Shown: positions 19,985 through 29,849 of the stretch, one piece after another | Numbering within the stretch: the stretch's first letter is position 1 | Layout: the number at the start of each line of letters is the position of its first letter | NCBI GenBank assembly: GCA_021324735.1 | Contig: JAJPIO010000008.1 | Location: forward strand, 22,508-86,507 | Source: Bacteroidota bacterium | Lineage (GTDB): Bacteria; Bacteroidota; Ignavibacteria; Palsa-1295 | DNA: 64,000 nt | Direction: 5' to 3' | Notes under the pieces: model-generated | What the model was told of the DNA's origin: nothing | Databases searched by the model: none | What the model saw: only the letters and a program-made list of their open reading frames with translations | Made by a program: the position numbers and the translations under genes

Positions 19985-22051
19985 TTATTTTACGATCGAA
20001 AGTTTCACTACCTGCGCCTTATCTGCAAGACCAAGCTTGCAGAAATACTCACCCGCAGGAATAGGAAGCGTTAGCTCTGCTTCTCCATCTGCATTAGGGG
20101 AGAATGTGGTCCGCAACACTTCACGCCCATCGCTGGAAGTAACAATCAGGTCGATCGGACCTTGCAACAGGTTCGAGAACATTACTCTGCCGGCTGAAGG
20201 GTTAGGCCATACAGAAACCGCAATTGCTAGTCGTTCAGGATTCGAAGCTATACCATTAGAAGGCAGCGGTGGTAACGCTCGCGAGTAGATACCGCTATCC
20301 ATCGTCCCCAGATAGGCGGTATTGGAATTCGATACCGTAAGATACGAGATCGTGCTCTTACCGTAGCCTGTATCCAGCACAAATGGCGATGTGCGCATCG
20401 CTTGTTGCCAAACTTGCCGCGCGGTAACAGCAAACGTTTGCCCGCCATGAAGGCCTATAAAGGTAGGCGCGATCTTCGAACCATACGCCTGCGCCGACCA
20501 AGAAACGCCTTGATCGGTCGTTCGATAGAGAAAGCTCTGAGTAGCGACGGCAAACGTATCGTTACTGATACCAATAGCGGTTATGGCCTCGGTCCGATTC
20601 GGTATGGTTATAACATTGAAGGAAATACCATCATCGGTTGAACTATACAGTGAGTCGCCAACAAACGCGTAGAGATCATTCAGCGAATCGCAAACGACAG
20701 ATCGGATGCCCATTTGCAACAGGTCCTGACAACCGTGCCATCCAGTCGATGTTAAATAGTAAAGACCATTTCGCCCGCCAATAAATACTTTGCCTGACTT
20801 ATCGATCACTCCGGACCCAACCGTGCCAGGATCGAAGAATTGCGGTAATGTATGCCACATTCCACCTTCATAAACGAAGGGTTCTGAAGTACTATACGCA
20901 TACATCACATTGCCATGTACCAATAACGAATAAACATCATCGACGAGACTATCATTGGCAAACGTCCACGTATGGCCATCGATGGTCTTAGCAATACCCC
21001 GCGAATTGAAAGAAGCGAACAGTGTATCGCCAAACTGAGCTAACGTATGTACCGCCGCGATCGCAAAGCCTGCATCGATCGGCTGCCAATTGGACATATT
21101 GTTATTGCTGGCAAAGATACCTTCATCGGTCAGGCCAAAAACCGTCGAGCCTTGTCCCTGCAGTACTTCGAAGGGAGTTTTTCCCCACAGGCTCGCCAGA
21201 TAATCGAAGTTCTGTCCATCATTTCGCGAGAAGTATGTTCCATTTCCAGTACCTGCTGTCGAGACTACAATACTGCCATCCCGCAGCTTATTAAGGTGAT
21301 GAAGATTGTACGAGGGAATATCTCGAGAAAGTACTGCCCAGTGCTGACCCATATCGGTCGAGCGATAGATCGCACTGCTCTTTTGCCCGGAAATTGTCAG
21401 TACATTTCCATTGTGGTCCAGGCAAAAATCGATCGTACCATACGGTTGAATACCAGCGTCGGACTCTTGCCAGGTCACACCCGCATCCGTACTCTTATAG
21501 ATATGTACGGAGGTTGCAACAAGGAATACATTGTTCGCAAGCGCGATCGCATGCGTGAAGTTCGAGTCCTTCGGCGTTGTTGTTGTCTGTATCCATCCCG
21601 TATCTTGTGTGCCGCGGTGAAACAGACGAAAACCTGCGAGCAAAACATGACCGGCACCATCTGCGGCGACAGCATTTAGATCCGGAGCAGCGCATACTTC
21701 CGAGTGCCAGGTCTGACCACGGTCCGTCGAGCGATACAATCCATGCGCTCGGATGAACGTAAGCATATCGCCAGTAGGCAGCGTAGCGAGGCACGACTGA
21801 AATGTAGTCGTAAACGTATCTACACTATACGTTTGCCAGTTGATCGCACCGAAGGAGCGGCGCCAATAGGGTCCGCCGGCCTTTGTTACAAAGAGGTCGC
21901 CGCTGGAATCGACCGCAGCAACGCCTGCCGCCTGACCTAAAAGGGAGAACCCGCCCGGCGGTTCTCCAAATCGCGACCATTGAGCGTTGCCCGAAGCGCT
22001 CAGCAATATAAAAAAGCCAACAAATAGAATTCGCACCCAATCACGGATCAT
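19985..22051 (-). CDS. Secreted BNR/Asp-box beta-propeller protein with T9SS-type C-terminal domain
   Basis: Repeated S(T)DxGxxW motifs; C-terminal VWPNPS...DGREV...G.Y. Confidence 0.8.
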   Translation of the reverse strand: MIRDWVRILFVGFFILLSASGNAQWSRFGEPPGGFSLLGQAAGVAAVDSSGDLFVTKAGGPYWRRSFGAINWQTYSVDTFTTTFQSCLATLPTGDMLTFIRAHGLYRSTDRGQTWHSEVCAAPDLNAVAADGAGHVLLAGFRLFHRGTQDTGWIQTTTTPKDSNFTHAIALANNVFLVATSVHIYKSTDAGVTWQESDAGIQPYGTIDFCLDHNGNVLTISGQKSSAIYRSTDMGQHWAVLSRDIPSYNLHHLNKLRDGSIVVSTAGTGNGTYFSRNDGQNFDYLASLWGKTPFEVLQGQGSTVFGLTDEGIFASNNNMSNWQPIDAGFAIAAVHTLAQFGDTLFASFNSRGIAKTIDGHTWTFANDSLVDDVYSLLVHGNVMYAYSTSEPFVYEGGMWHTLPQFFDPGTVGSGVIDKSGKVFIGGRNGLYYLTSTGWHGCQDLLQMGIRSVVCDSLNDLYAFVGDSLYSSTDDGISFNVITIPNRTEAITAIGISNDTFAVATQSFLYRTTDQGVSWSAQAYGSKIAPTFIGLHGGQTFAVTARQVWQQAMRTSPFVLDTGYGKSTISYLTVSNSNTAYLGTMDSGIYSRALPPLPSNGIASNPERLAIAVSVWPNPSAGRVMFSNLLQGPIDLIVTSSDGREVLRTTFSPNADGEAELTLPIPAGEYFCKLGLADKAQVVKLSIVK

Positions 22052-22140
22052 AGGTTAGAGGTTGATTTTTTAACGATTATACAAACGCTGAGATTGCGAG
22101 GGGGTTCATTGTCATGCCATCAGTGTTTTCCTTCCCGATC

Positions 22141-22959
22141 ATGACAGAACATTCTATTCAAGACTATCTCTCACTGGCAATTGAAGTGGCGCGCGAAGCG
22201 GGCGACTATGCCTATCGCGTCAATACAAACGAACTGAAGATCGCTTCCAAGTCCAACGAAATGGACCTCGTTACGGAGGTCGATGGACGCAACGAAAAAA
22301 TGATCCGCGATACTGTACTATCGAAGTATTCGGACCATTCTTTTTTGGGCGAGGAATTAGGAGCAAGCGCTGAAGGAGAAGGCGAGGTTCGATGGATCAT
22401 CGACCCCATTGATGGCACGGTGAATTTCGCACATGGCTTGCCGATCTGGTGCGTCTCGATCGGAGTAGAAGTAAATGGCCAGGTCGAATGCGGCGTCATT
22501 TATAATCCCAATTTGAAGGAGCTGTTTACTGTTCGACGAGGACATGGGGCGTTCTTGAATGGTAAACAGATCCATGTCTCTTCTCAAACGAATTATAAGC
22601 AAGGGCTTTTCGTCACGGGCTTCCCATACAATGTGCACGAAAATCCCGATAAAGTGATCGAGCAGTTCGTAGGCTTCCTTAGTAAAGGGTTGCTCATTCG
22701 CCGATTGGGAAGCGCTGCTCTTGACTTAGCCTACGTCGCGTGTGGCCGCTTCGATGGCTTTTGGGAAGTAGGGCTCTCACCCTGGGATACTTCGGCTGGT
22801 CAATTGATGGTCCGTGAAGCGGGTGGTCGCGCGACGCACTATGATGGCAGTGATTATAATATCTATCGTAAGTCGATCATCGCAACGAGCGGATTGCATC
22901 ACGAGATGGTGATGAAGATCATTGCAGAGGTAAACGGAGCGAAGACTAACACACCCTAA
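22141..22959 (+). CDS. suhB: Inositol monophosphatase family protein
   Basis: DLVTEVD, GEE, WIIDPIDGTVNF, RRLGSAALDL, PWD.AG..VREAGG. Confidence 0.92.
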   Translation: MTEHSIQDYLSLAIEVAREAGDYAYRVNTNELKIASKSNEMDLVTEVDGRNEKMIRDTVLSKYSDHSFLGEELGASAEGEGEVRWIIDPIDGTVNFAHGLPIWCVSIGVEVNGQVECGVIYNPNLKELFTVRRGHGAFLNGKQIHVSSQTNYKQGLFVTGFPYNVHENPDKVIEQFVGFLSKGLLIRRLGSAALDLAYVACGRFDGFWEVGLSPWDTSAGQLMVREAGGRATHYDGSDYNIYRKSIIATSGLHHEMVMKIIAEVNGAKTNTP

Positions 22960-22984
22960 GCGATCGGCAAAGAAATTTGTACAA

Positions 22985-23085
22985 ATAAAAACCGCAGCGT
23001 GCCGAGAAAAGAAGACATCGCTGCGGAGCTCTTGTTTTGTTTGCCCTATTTAGAATACTCACGGCTGTTAGCCATGAGATTCACT
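22985..23085 (-). ncRNA. Candidate ~100-nt sRNA: 5' hairpin plus intrinsic terminator
   Basis: Hairpins at 23053-23082 and 22992-23026 each pair with a G-U wobble on the minus strand (A-C on plus). The second is followed by a U-run on the minus strand. Confidence 0.35.
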
Positions 23086-23207
23086 ATTTCAGACGCAATT
23101 TCTTAACGAACCGTTTCCGAAATTTTACAAAAAATTTACTGTATCTAAAAGTGGGGGAATGTGGCCGAAAATCACTATCTTTCCAGTGCTAATTTGAGAC
23201 AAACCAC

Positions 23208-23231
23208 AAAAAAACAGGCCCGCGACGGCCT
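23208..23231 (-). terminator. Intrinsic terminator of the cyc2-nirK-sco transcript
   Basis: Minus strand reads aggcc-gtcgcg-ggcct followed by gttttttt. Confidence 0.5.
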
Positions 23232-23421
23232 TCGTGTAAAAATCATCGCTGATCATACGGGCAAACCGTCACGGACCCTGAGGAGGCTTCGGTATGTGCT
23301 TTTTACCTGGGGAAGAAGCTCGCAACTATGCGACTAAACGCTGCGTCTTGAACCACTCCCTTATTAAAAGCGACACTCTTATAGAGCGAATAGTTTCAAA
23401 TCAAAGGCCGACAAAAAGCCT

Positions 23422-24027
23422 TTACTGTAGCGATTTAATTATCGCTGCGATCTGCTCCGGATTTCGCTCGATCCCTTCTCGACGAAAGACGATATGGCCT
23501 TGCTGGTCGACTACCAAAATCACATTAGAATGCGAGAAATCGCCGGTAGGCAGCTCTTTATATTTCACATCGAATAAGTTGGCAACGGTCTGGATGTCTT
23601 CCTGGCTACCATGTAATAGTTGCCAGTGATCATCCAAATGAACGGCATCAGAGTAGCTGCGCAACTGCGCCCCCGTGTCGCGCTTGCTGTCGAACGAGAT
23701 AAGGGTAAATCCAACGTTATTTCGCACCGACTCTTGTAGCAGTCCCTCCGCGTGTTTAATTTCGTAGGTGATCATCGGGCACGTAGCCTGGCAATGGGTA
23801 AAGACCATTGCCATTACTTGCACTTTGCCTTTCAGTGATTGCCAGGAAATGTGCTCGCCATTCTGATCGTCGAACATCATATCGACATCGTAGATCGAGC
23901 CGGCACTTCGTGCAATTGTTGTCGGTGCATTCGGTGCATCCACTGCAGCGCTTCCCGTCCGTTCGTGGGAGCAGGAAGAGAGCGCGAACGCACAGAATGC
24001 GCAGATAAGGATCGTATACGTTTTCAT
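23422..24027 (-). CDS. SCO1/SenC copper chaperone lipoprotein
   Basis: Lipobox LSSC, FTHCQATCP (CxxxC), D..RDT, distal His in FSHS. ATGA overlap with the upstream gene. Confidence 0.92.
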   Translation of the reverse strand: MKTYTILICAFCAFALSSCSHERTGSAAVDAPNAPTTIARSAGSIYDVDMMFDDQNGEHISWQSLKGKVQVMAMVFTHCQATCPMITYEIKHAEGLLQESVRNNVGFTLISFDSKRDTGAQLRSYSDAVHLDDHWQLLHGSQEDIQTVANLFDVKYKELPTGDFSHSNVILVVDQQGHIVFRREGIERNPEQIAAIIKSLQ

Positions 24028-24833
24028 TTTACACATCGGAAGCCGAGATCATCGACCACATAATTTGCTTTGAGGCTGCTTCGCATTGCGAAGCGCATGA
24101 ACGTGGCGTAGTCCGTTGGATCGATCGAACCGATGGCGCCGGCACCGCAGACCGCCGGACCACCGGATGTACCGCGAGCATCGCCCGGCACGATCACGCT
24201 TGAGAAATCATCGGTCCACTCCCAAACCTGGCCAAACATATCGCGCAATCCGAATGCGTTCTCATTGACCGTCCCGGCTGGCGCGAGCGTCTTCGCCATT
24301 GGTTTCGAGTACCACGCCAGTATTAAAGATTGCTTCGCACGAGCCGTTGCGCGTACCGGCTCGACGATCGGCGCCGACGCTGCATATTCCCATTGCGCTA
24401 CGGTCGGAAGATGTTTATGGCACCATGCGGCGTAGGCCCGCGCCGCGAACCACGATACATTGACGACCGGTGCATTTACGAGCGCATTATTCCCGATCTC
24501 GAAATCGCTCTGCCACGCTTTCAGGTAACCTTTCTCCGCCAGCATCGGAGAGACGCGCGACCGCGACCACTTCGGATTCGTCTTCACGAATTCCAGAAAT
24601 TCGCCGTTCGTGACAGCCCTTGCATCCATGTGATACGTTGATATCCACACCGAATCGATACCCTTCACGATGTAGAACGGACGGTAATATCCACCTGGAA
24701 TGCAAACCATGCCACTCACTGGTGCAAGCTCGTGCGGATGCTTTCTCTGATGCGACTGTGCGAACGCAGGATGTGCGAGCACCAGCGCAAGAGCGAACAG
24801 GAGAACGGCCTTCGGTCGAATGCGCCCGCTCAT
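24024..24833 (-). CDS. Formylglycine-generating-enzyme (FGE-sulfatase) family protein, NirV-like nirK accessory
   Basis: VTNGEFLEFV, PVVNVSWFAARAY, LPTVAQWEYAA, N.FGLRDMFGQVWEW, LGFRC; directly after nirK. Confidence 0.88.
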   Translation of the reverse strand: MSGRIRPKAVLLFALALVLAHPAFAQSHQRKHPHELAPVSGMVCIPGGYYRPFYIVKGIDSVWISTYHMDARAVTNGEFLEFVKTNPKWSRSRVSPMLAEKGYLKAWQSDFEIGNNALVNAPVVNVSWFAARAYAAWCHKHLPTVAQWEYAASAPIVEPVRATARAKQSLILAWYSKPMAKTLAPAGTVNENAFGLRDMFGQVWEWTDDFSSVIVPGDARGTSGGPAVCGAGAIGSIDPTDYATFMRFAMRSSLKANYVVDDLGFRCVK

Positions 24834-25861
24834 TACTGCCCCTTCTCTGGGTGCGGCGAGTAGACGGTAGAATCGAGATTGCCGGTTGCAACAATATCGG
24901 CCACCGCGCCCTGGTTGAACGCCCGGAAGATCGCGTGATCGACAATATGATAGATGCCCGGCTCTCGGACCTTGAACTCGACGATGGTTGCACCGCCCGG
25001 CGGAATAGAGGTCGTCGCAACGTTGTGGATCACGTCCGTACCACCCTGATTGTAAAGATTGTCGAAGATCTCTCCGATCACATGGAAAGAGGACGTGAGA
25101 TTTGGTCCGCCGTTGCCAACGAAGAGCCGTACGGTTTCGCCGGTCTTAACATTGAGTGCTTTCGGTCCTAACGTCGAACCGACTGCGCCATTGAAGACGA
25201 CGTACGTCGGTTTCTCGTCGATCGCATTCTGAATGGAGAATTCCTGGAGTCCCGTATCAGCGTATTTCCCGACGGTGTAGAGTTCACCTTGCATAAGATA
25301 GAACTCGTGATCGACGGGCGGCAGTGGATGTTCACGCGATTCCACATAGATGAGGCCATACATGCCGTTCGCGATGTGCAGCCCGACTGGCGCAGCCGCG
25401 CAGTGATACACATAGAGGCCCGGGTTCAAAGCGCGGAATGTGAAAACCGAACTATGGCCAGGCGCCGTGTACGAGGCTTCAGCGCCGCCGCCGGGCCCGC
25501 TGACAGCGTGCAGATCGATGCTGTGCGGCATCTTGCTCGAGGAAGGATTCGTAAGATGAATCTCCACCTCATCGCCTTCCATCACGCGAATGAACTTGCC
25601 AGGCACATTGCCGCCAAAGGTCCAGAACGTGTAATACGTACCGTTGGTGATCTGCTTGACGACTTCCTGCACTTCCAAATGCACGATCACCTTTTGCGGG
25701 CCATCGGTCTTTACCTGTTTCGGTACGAGGGGTGCATCGGTAAGTTCAGCGTCTCGTACACCAGTGATGGTGGAAAGATCGGACTTATTTTTCGAGCACG
25801 CAGCAAAATTGAGGAGGAGTGCTGCTAATACAGTATATTTTAGATGCGGACGGATTCGCAT
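24833..25861 (-). CDS. nirK: Copper-containing nitrite reductase, lipoprotein (AniA-like)
   Basis: Lipobox FAAC; PHSIDLH, YHC...[15 protein letters not shown] and VDH supply the type 1 and type 2 Cu ligands plus the catalytic Asp and His. Confidence 0.95.
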   Translation of the reverse strand: MRIRPHLKYTVLAALLLNFAACSKNKSDLSTITGVRDAELTDAPLVPKQVKTDGPQKVIVHLEVQEVVKQITNGTYYTFWTFGGNVPGKFIRVMEGDEVEIHLTNPSSSKMPHSIDLHAVSGPGGGAEASYTAPGHSSVFTFRALNPGLYVYHCAAAPVGLHIANGMYGLIYVESREHPLPPVDHEFYLMQGELYTVGKYADTGLQEFSIQNAIDEKPTYVVFNGAVGSTLGPKALNVKTGETVRLFVGNGGPNLTSSFHVIGEIFDNLYNQGGTDVIHNVATTSIPPGGATIVEFKVREPGIYHIVDHAIFRAFNQGAVADIVATGNLDSTVYSPHPEKGQ

Positions 25862-25956
25862 AAAGCTTTATTTCAAATTATTCAAGCGCAGCCGTGCTTT
25901 CGGTAGTGATAAACTACCGTGGACACAGCATACTTGGTTGGAGAGTGAAGGAGAGC

Positions 25957-25981
25957 GGCGCCCGCCCGTGGGCTGGGCGCC
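25957..25981. other. GC-rich intercistronic hairpin between cytochrome c and nirK
   Basis: ggcgcccgccc-gt-gggctgggcgcc; no U-tract. Confidence 0.5.
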
Positions 25982-26006
25982 TGCTACTCCAGGGGGAGGA
26001 GAATAC

Positions 26007-26453
26007 TTACGGTTTGTACGTCGGGCTGAGCGAGCGTACGTAGGCGATCAACTGGACGACCTGATCATCCGTTAGTTGCGGCTGGGCCGGCATCGTCGGA
26101 TAACCGAACTGTGCACCACCATTCTTAATAACAAGGTAAATGTGCCGGTTCGTTAGTTTATCCATGTAGGCACCGTTCGTATGATCGCGCGGCTTCGGAT
26201 TAAGCGCGGCAGCGGCCGGGCCATCGCCCTTACCACGCGGGCCGTGACACGGTGCGCAGGTCTTCTGGTACAGGTCGTTACCTTTGGCGATGTTATCCGG
26301 AGTCATCGCAACATCGAGCGGCTGCTCCGCGGGAGCGGCTGCAGTCGTTGCCTGCGGCGTACTCGCAGTTTTATCGTCACTATTCAATTTCTCGTCACCA
26401 CCACACGAGGCCAAGGCGCCTACGAGTAGTAATGCTCCTAAGTATTTCATCAT
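26007..26453 (-). CDS. Monoheme c-type cytochrome lipoprotein
   Basis: Lipobox LASC, CAPCHG..GKGDGP, PRDH, distal MP, LIAYVRSL. Confidence 0.92.
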   Translation of the reverse strand: MMKYLGALLLVGALASCGGDEKLNSDDKTASTPQATTAAAPAEQPLDVAMTPDNIAKGNDLYQKTCAPCHGPRGKGDGPAAAALNPKPRDHTNGAYMDKLTNRHIYLVIKNGGAQFGYPTMPAQPQLTDDQVVQLIAYVRSLSPTYKP

Positions 26454-26483
26454 TGGTATGTAGAGTCCTTCCTTAAGTAAAGT

Positions 26484-27344
26484 TTACTGTTGTGAATCAG
26501 AACTTTCGGATCCCGTTTGTTTCGGAGCCGGTGAATCCGTGTTGCGACCATCGACGTATTGATCGGTCGATTGTAACGACCACACATAGTTCGCAAGATG
26601 CCAACGGTCGGTCTCGCTTAGGGAGGCGGCGTACGACGGCATCGGCGTACCATTTAAGCCGGTCGAGAAGATCCGAAATACGTCCAGGACGGAGTGGCTG
26701 AATTTGTAATCGGATGGATTGGTCAGGTCGGTCGGCCGAATCGGATTCTTAAAATCGTCGACTAACGACGAGGCCGAAGGTCCATTGCCTTCGCCGCCCG
26801 ATCCGTGGCAATTGGCACATTGCATTTGCAAGAACAGTGTGCGGCCTCGCTCCAGACTTTGCGGGCTCGGCAGGACCTGCGTCCCGACGTTTAACACATC
26901 GAGCGGGTATTCGGTTGAGTCTGCAAATCGTGGCGACAATGTTTTGATGTACTGCACGATCGCCCAGCGGTCCTGCTGTCGCATTTGCCGGAATGATGGC
27001 ATGGCCGTGTTATGCAAACCAGTCGTGATCGTTCGGAAGAGATCGTAATCGGTTGGCAGTTCGCCACTCGCGGTCGATCGATTAAGGTAGATCCCTTTTG
27101 TAAGGTCTCTTGGCTTCGATCGAAGGTTCGCTGAGATCGGGCCATTGCCCGTACCATCCGCGCCGTGGCACGGGGCACAGGAAATATTGAACATCGCCTT
27201 GCCATGCTCGAGCGTTTCCGTGCTCGGCACTGGAGTGGCTGTCGTCATCGGATCGGGCGTGGTCGATGGATCACCACCACTGAACTTCACCGTTAGACCG
27301 GCAATGCTAATCGCGGCTGCAATAGTTAAAGTTTGTAGATACAT
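26484..27344 (-). CDS. Diheme c-type cytochrome
   Basis: Two internally repeated domains: CAPCH...TAMPSF and CANCH...TPMPSY. Confidence 0.92.
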   Translation of the reverse strand: MYLQTLTIAAAISIAGLTVKFSGGDPSTTPDPMTTATPVPSTETLEHGKAMFNISCAPCHGADGTGNGPISANLRSKPRDLTKGIYLNRSTASGELPTDYDLFRTITTGLHNTAMPSFRQMRQQDRWAIVQYIKTLSPRFADSTEYPLDVLNVGTQVLPSPQSLERGRTLFLQMQCANCHGSGGEGNGPSASSLVDDFKNPIRPTDLTNPSDYKFSHSVLDVFRIFSTGLNGTPMPSYAASLSETDRWHLANYVWSLQSTDQYVDGRNTDSPAPKQTGSESSDSQQ

Positions 27345-27358
27345 GATAGTGTCTCCTC

Positions 27359-28648
27359 TTAAAATCCGAAACGAAATCCGATTCCGGCCGTGCTATTCGT
27401 CTGATCGACGGTCTTGGTACCATTGGGCGTCGCGACTTCATTTGAAATCGTATAAACCCCGGTCATAAAGACGTTGGGCAACAAGTGATATTGAAAGCCG
27501 ATGTCGATCTGATGCTGGTTGTCGCTTGTCTCTTTCTGATTATTGAAATCATAGCGCCCATAAATATAGAATCGCTCGGGTGCGATGATCACGTTAACCC
27601 CAACAAATCCTGCGGTGATACTATAGGATGTACCTGCGGCATCGACATTGTCGTCCGTGCCGATCATATACTGACTGTAGAGATCGATGCGCTTCGTCCA
27701 GGGATCGTAGAGTTCAAAGTTGACGCCTTCGCGAGTCATGGTGTTGTGGGCTTGAATGGGCGCTCCCGCAATCGAGTCATTGATGTTCGTTAAGTTCTCG
27801 AAGCCGGTGTATATAAAGCCGCCAATTCGAAGCGGAGCATTGCTTACATAGAATGTTTGGTTGAGTGAACCAAAGAATGCTCGCGCCTTCGTCAGGTCAA
27901 TATCGCTGCCAGTGCCCCCGCTGATGCCCGCGTCCCATTTGAGACCTTCACCGATTCCTGGTATCATACCAAAGGCCGAAAATCCAAAATTCGGATCGGC
28001 GAACGATAGCGTGTTAGCCCTCGAAACACCGGCTATACTTCCGATCGGATCGTAGGAATAAACTAATGGATCGGCATTCGCCAATAAGACCTGATGCTGA
28101 TAGGGAATGAAGAATCGGAATCGTCCCAATCGAAAATTGAGAGAACCCGAGCCATCATTGAGCGCGTCCGTGTACATGAGGTTTGCCGTCTCGACATCGA
28201 TCGTCGCCGGTTGACCGTTGCCGATCGCCACTGGAAGTCCGGTATAAAAAGAGAAATGTGCACCGAGTGAAGCAGAACTGAATAATCCTACTTCAATACC
28301 AGAAAAGGATGTTGCCGATACTGCCGGAGCGACCGCGCCGGTCGAATCAGCTAAATTATTCTGCGACCGATTATAAAAGATCATCGGCTGCGCCACGACT
28401 CCCATTGCAAAATTGGGCTGGTCCGCCTGGGCGAACCGTTCGAGCGTCCCTGGCAACTGATATCCATTTGCCTGGAATCGAAGCCCAAAGTCATTGAGCA
28501 ACGGTGGCGTCGTGTGGCATGTAAAACACGTCGTGTTATACTTGCGGGCGAAGACGGGTACCGCTTCTGCGCGGTCCACAGCCATTGCAGTGATCAGTAT
28601 CGCCACCGCAATGCTTAACGAAGTAAGGATTCGAGCGTGCGGTCTCAT
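27359..28648 (-). CDS. cyc2: Cyc2-like outer-membrane cytochrome-porin fusion, copy A
   Basis: Signal peptide then AVPVFARKYNTTCFTCHTTPPLLNDFGLRFQANGY, matching the Cyc2 N-terminal AxPxFAR-CxxCH-PxL-G..F...GY signature. About 350 aa of amphipathic strands end in FRFGF. ATG at 28648 overlaps the upstream stop. Confidence 0.82.
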   Translation of the reverse strand: MRPHARILTSLSIAVAILITAMAVDRAEAVPVFARKYNTTCFTCHTTPPLLNDFGLRFQANGYQLPGTLERFAQADQPNFAMGVVAQPMIFYNRSQNNLADSTGAVAPAVSATSFSGIEVGLFSSASLGAHFSFYTGLPVAIGNGQPATIDVETANLMYTDALNDGSGSLNFRLGRFRFFIPYQHQVLLANADPLVYSYDPIGSIAGVSRANTLSFADPNFGFSAFGMIPGIGEGLKWDAGISGGTGSDIDLTKARAFFGSLNQTFYVSNAPLRIGGFIYTGFENLTNINDSIAGAPIQAHNTMTREGVNFELYDPWTKRIDLYSQYMIGTDDNVDAAGTSYSITAGFVGVNVIIAPERFYIYGRYDFNNQKETSDNQHQIDIGFQYHLLPNVFMTGVYTISNEVATPNGTKTVDQTNSTAGIGFRFGF

Positions 28649-29481
28649 TGCAATTCGAAGTCTACAGTGGAAGTACCATCCGCCGAAACGGTGACTTGTT
28701 GCTGCTTTACGACTGCACCGGAGAATGCAGGGCGGCCATTGGGCATGCCGGTGAGTTTCCAGCCTTCGTGCCACATGATGACGTTGTATGTTCCGGCCGG
28801 CAAACCGCCGATCGAATACGAACCATCCGCTTTGGTGACGGCAACGTATGGATTATCGCTGACCCAGATCCAGGAATTCATCCACGGGTGAATGTCGCAT
28901 TCGACGCTCGTCATGCCAGCTTTGCGAAGTGGCTGCGCGGTTTGCTGTCCTTTTGTCGGTTGTCCAAAATTGAATGCCGTCGTCCGATCCGATCCGCTCT
29001 GAAAATAACCATGCACATTATGCATCATGTCATCATCATTGAAGAATGTGACGGAGCTTCCACGAGTGGCCACGGCCATATGCGGTGAGTAACGGCAGCC
29101 CTTTTGGGTGATCGTCACAGCAGGAAAGTTTGCTCGGGGTCCCGCCGGCGGATTGGAAATGTAGACGAGCGTATACTCGACCCCATTACCTTTACTGACC
29201 ACCAGCCGATCGTAAGAGGCTGAAGTACCACACGCCTCCATATTGGTCTTCGCTCGTTCGAGCTTCGGGACGGCCCCGGAAAATGTGACCTTCCCGGAGA
29301 TCGTACCACCGCTCGGAGCGGTACTATGATGACCAGCAGCAGGGCCGGTAGGGGCGCTCGGAAGCATCAAAAACCCAAAGCTCGTCGCAAGGAATAGGAC
29401 TACGAGGAATGCGATGTCACTTTTGGAAACAAGCGGTCCATTGGAGTGGCCGCTTACATTGAAGGGATTCAGATTGTACAT
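28645..29481 (-). CDS. Periplasmic cupredoxin-like protein with carboxypeptidase-regulatory-like domain
   Basis: GAGG RBS, N-terminal hydrophobic segment, QKGCRYSPH, HNVH...CDIHPWM (type-1-Cu-like His...CxxHxxM), DGSYSI..LPAGTY. Confidence 0.75.
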   Translation of the reverse strand: MYNLNPFNVSGHSNGPLVSKSDIAFLVVLFLATSFGFLMLPSAPTGPAAGHHSTAPSGGTISGKVTFSGAVPKLERAKTNMEACGTSASYDRLVVSKGNGVEYTLVYISNPPAGPRANFPAVTITQKGCRYSPHMAVATRGSSVTFFNDDDMMHNVHGYFQSGSDRTTAFNFGQPTKGQQTAQPLRKAGMTSVECDIHPWMNSWIWVSDNPYVAVTKADGSYSIGGLPAGTYNVIMWHEGWKLTGMPNGRPAFSGAVVKQQQVTVSADGTSTVDFELQ

Positions 29482-29721
29482 AATTACCTCATGCAGGATG
29501 ATCTTTTATTTCGGCGTGGGCGAGAAATCGATCGGAATCATGCTTCCACGTCGTTTTACCCTTCCTCCAGGGCCCATCCGAAGCCGTCTCAAGGAAGGCG
29601 TAAAAACTTTACGTTAAAAACTTAGTGTAGAAGTATGCCAGTGATGAATTGGGACAAAAACCGTTAAAAATACTGGCGATAGTGAGAAATTAACCCTCAA
29701 GAAATTTACAGCGCTCGACTC

Positions 29722-29745
29722 ACAGTTAAATTTCTTTACGGTTAC
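29722..29745. promoter_or_regulatory. Candidate operator GTWAA-N5-TTTAC, copy upstream of the cupredoxin-cyc2-nirK operon
   Basis: acagttaaatttctttacggttac matches 36685-36708 at 19 of 24 positions. Confidence 0.4.
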
Positions 29746-29849
29746 AAACCGCCTCTCTTTTAGAGAATAATCCTTTAAAACGGGACAGGCCGCATACACT
29801 TGAGAGCTGTACATGCGGCCAAGGGTAACAATCGTAGGCTTTTAAGCGC

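Noticed and set aside
23255-23296. GGGCAAACC resembling a c-di-GMP-I riboswitch
   Set aside because: Lacks the GAAA-loop stem and GACGCAAAGC elements, and no gene lies downstream on that strand.
23422-25861. Complete denitrification pathway
   Set aside because: Only nirK and its accessory genes are present; no nar, nap catalytic subunit, nor or nos in this window.
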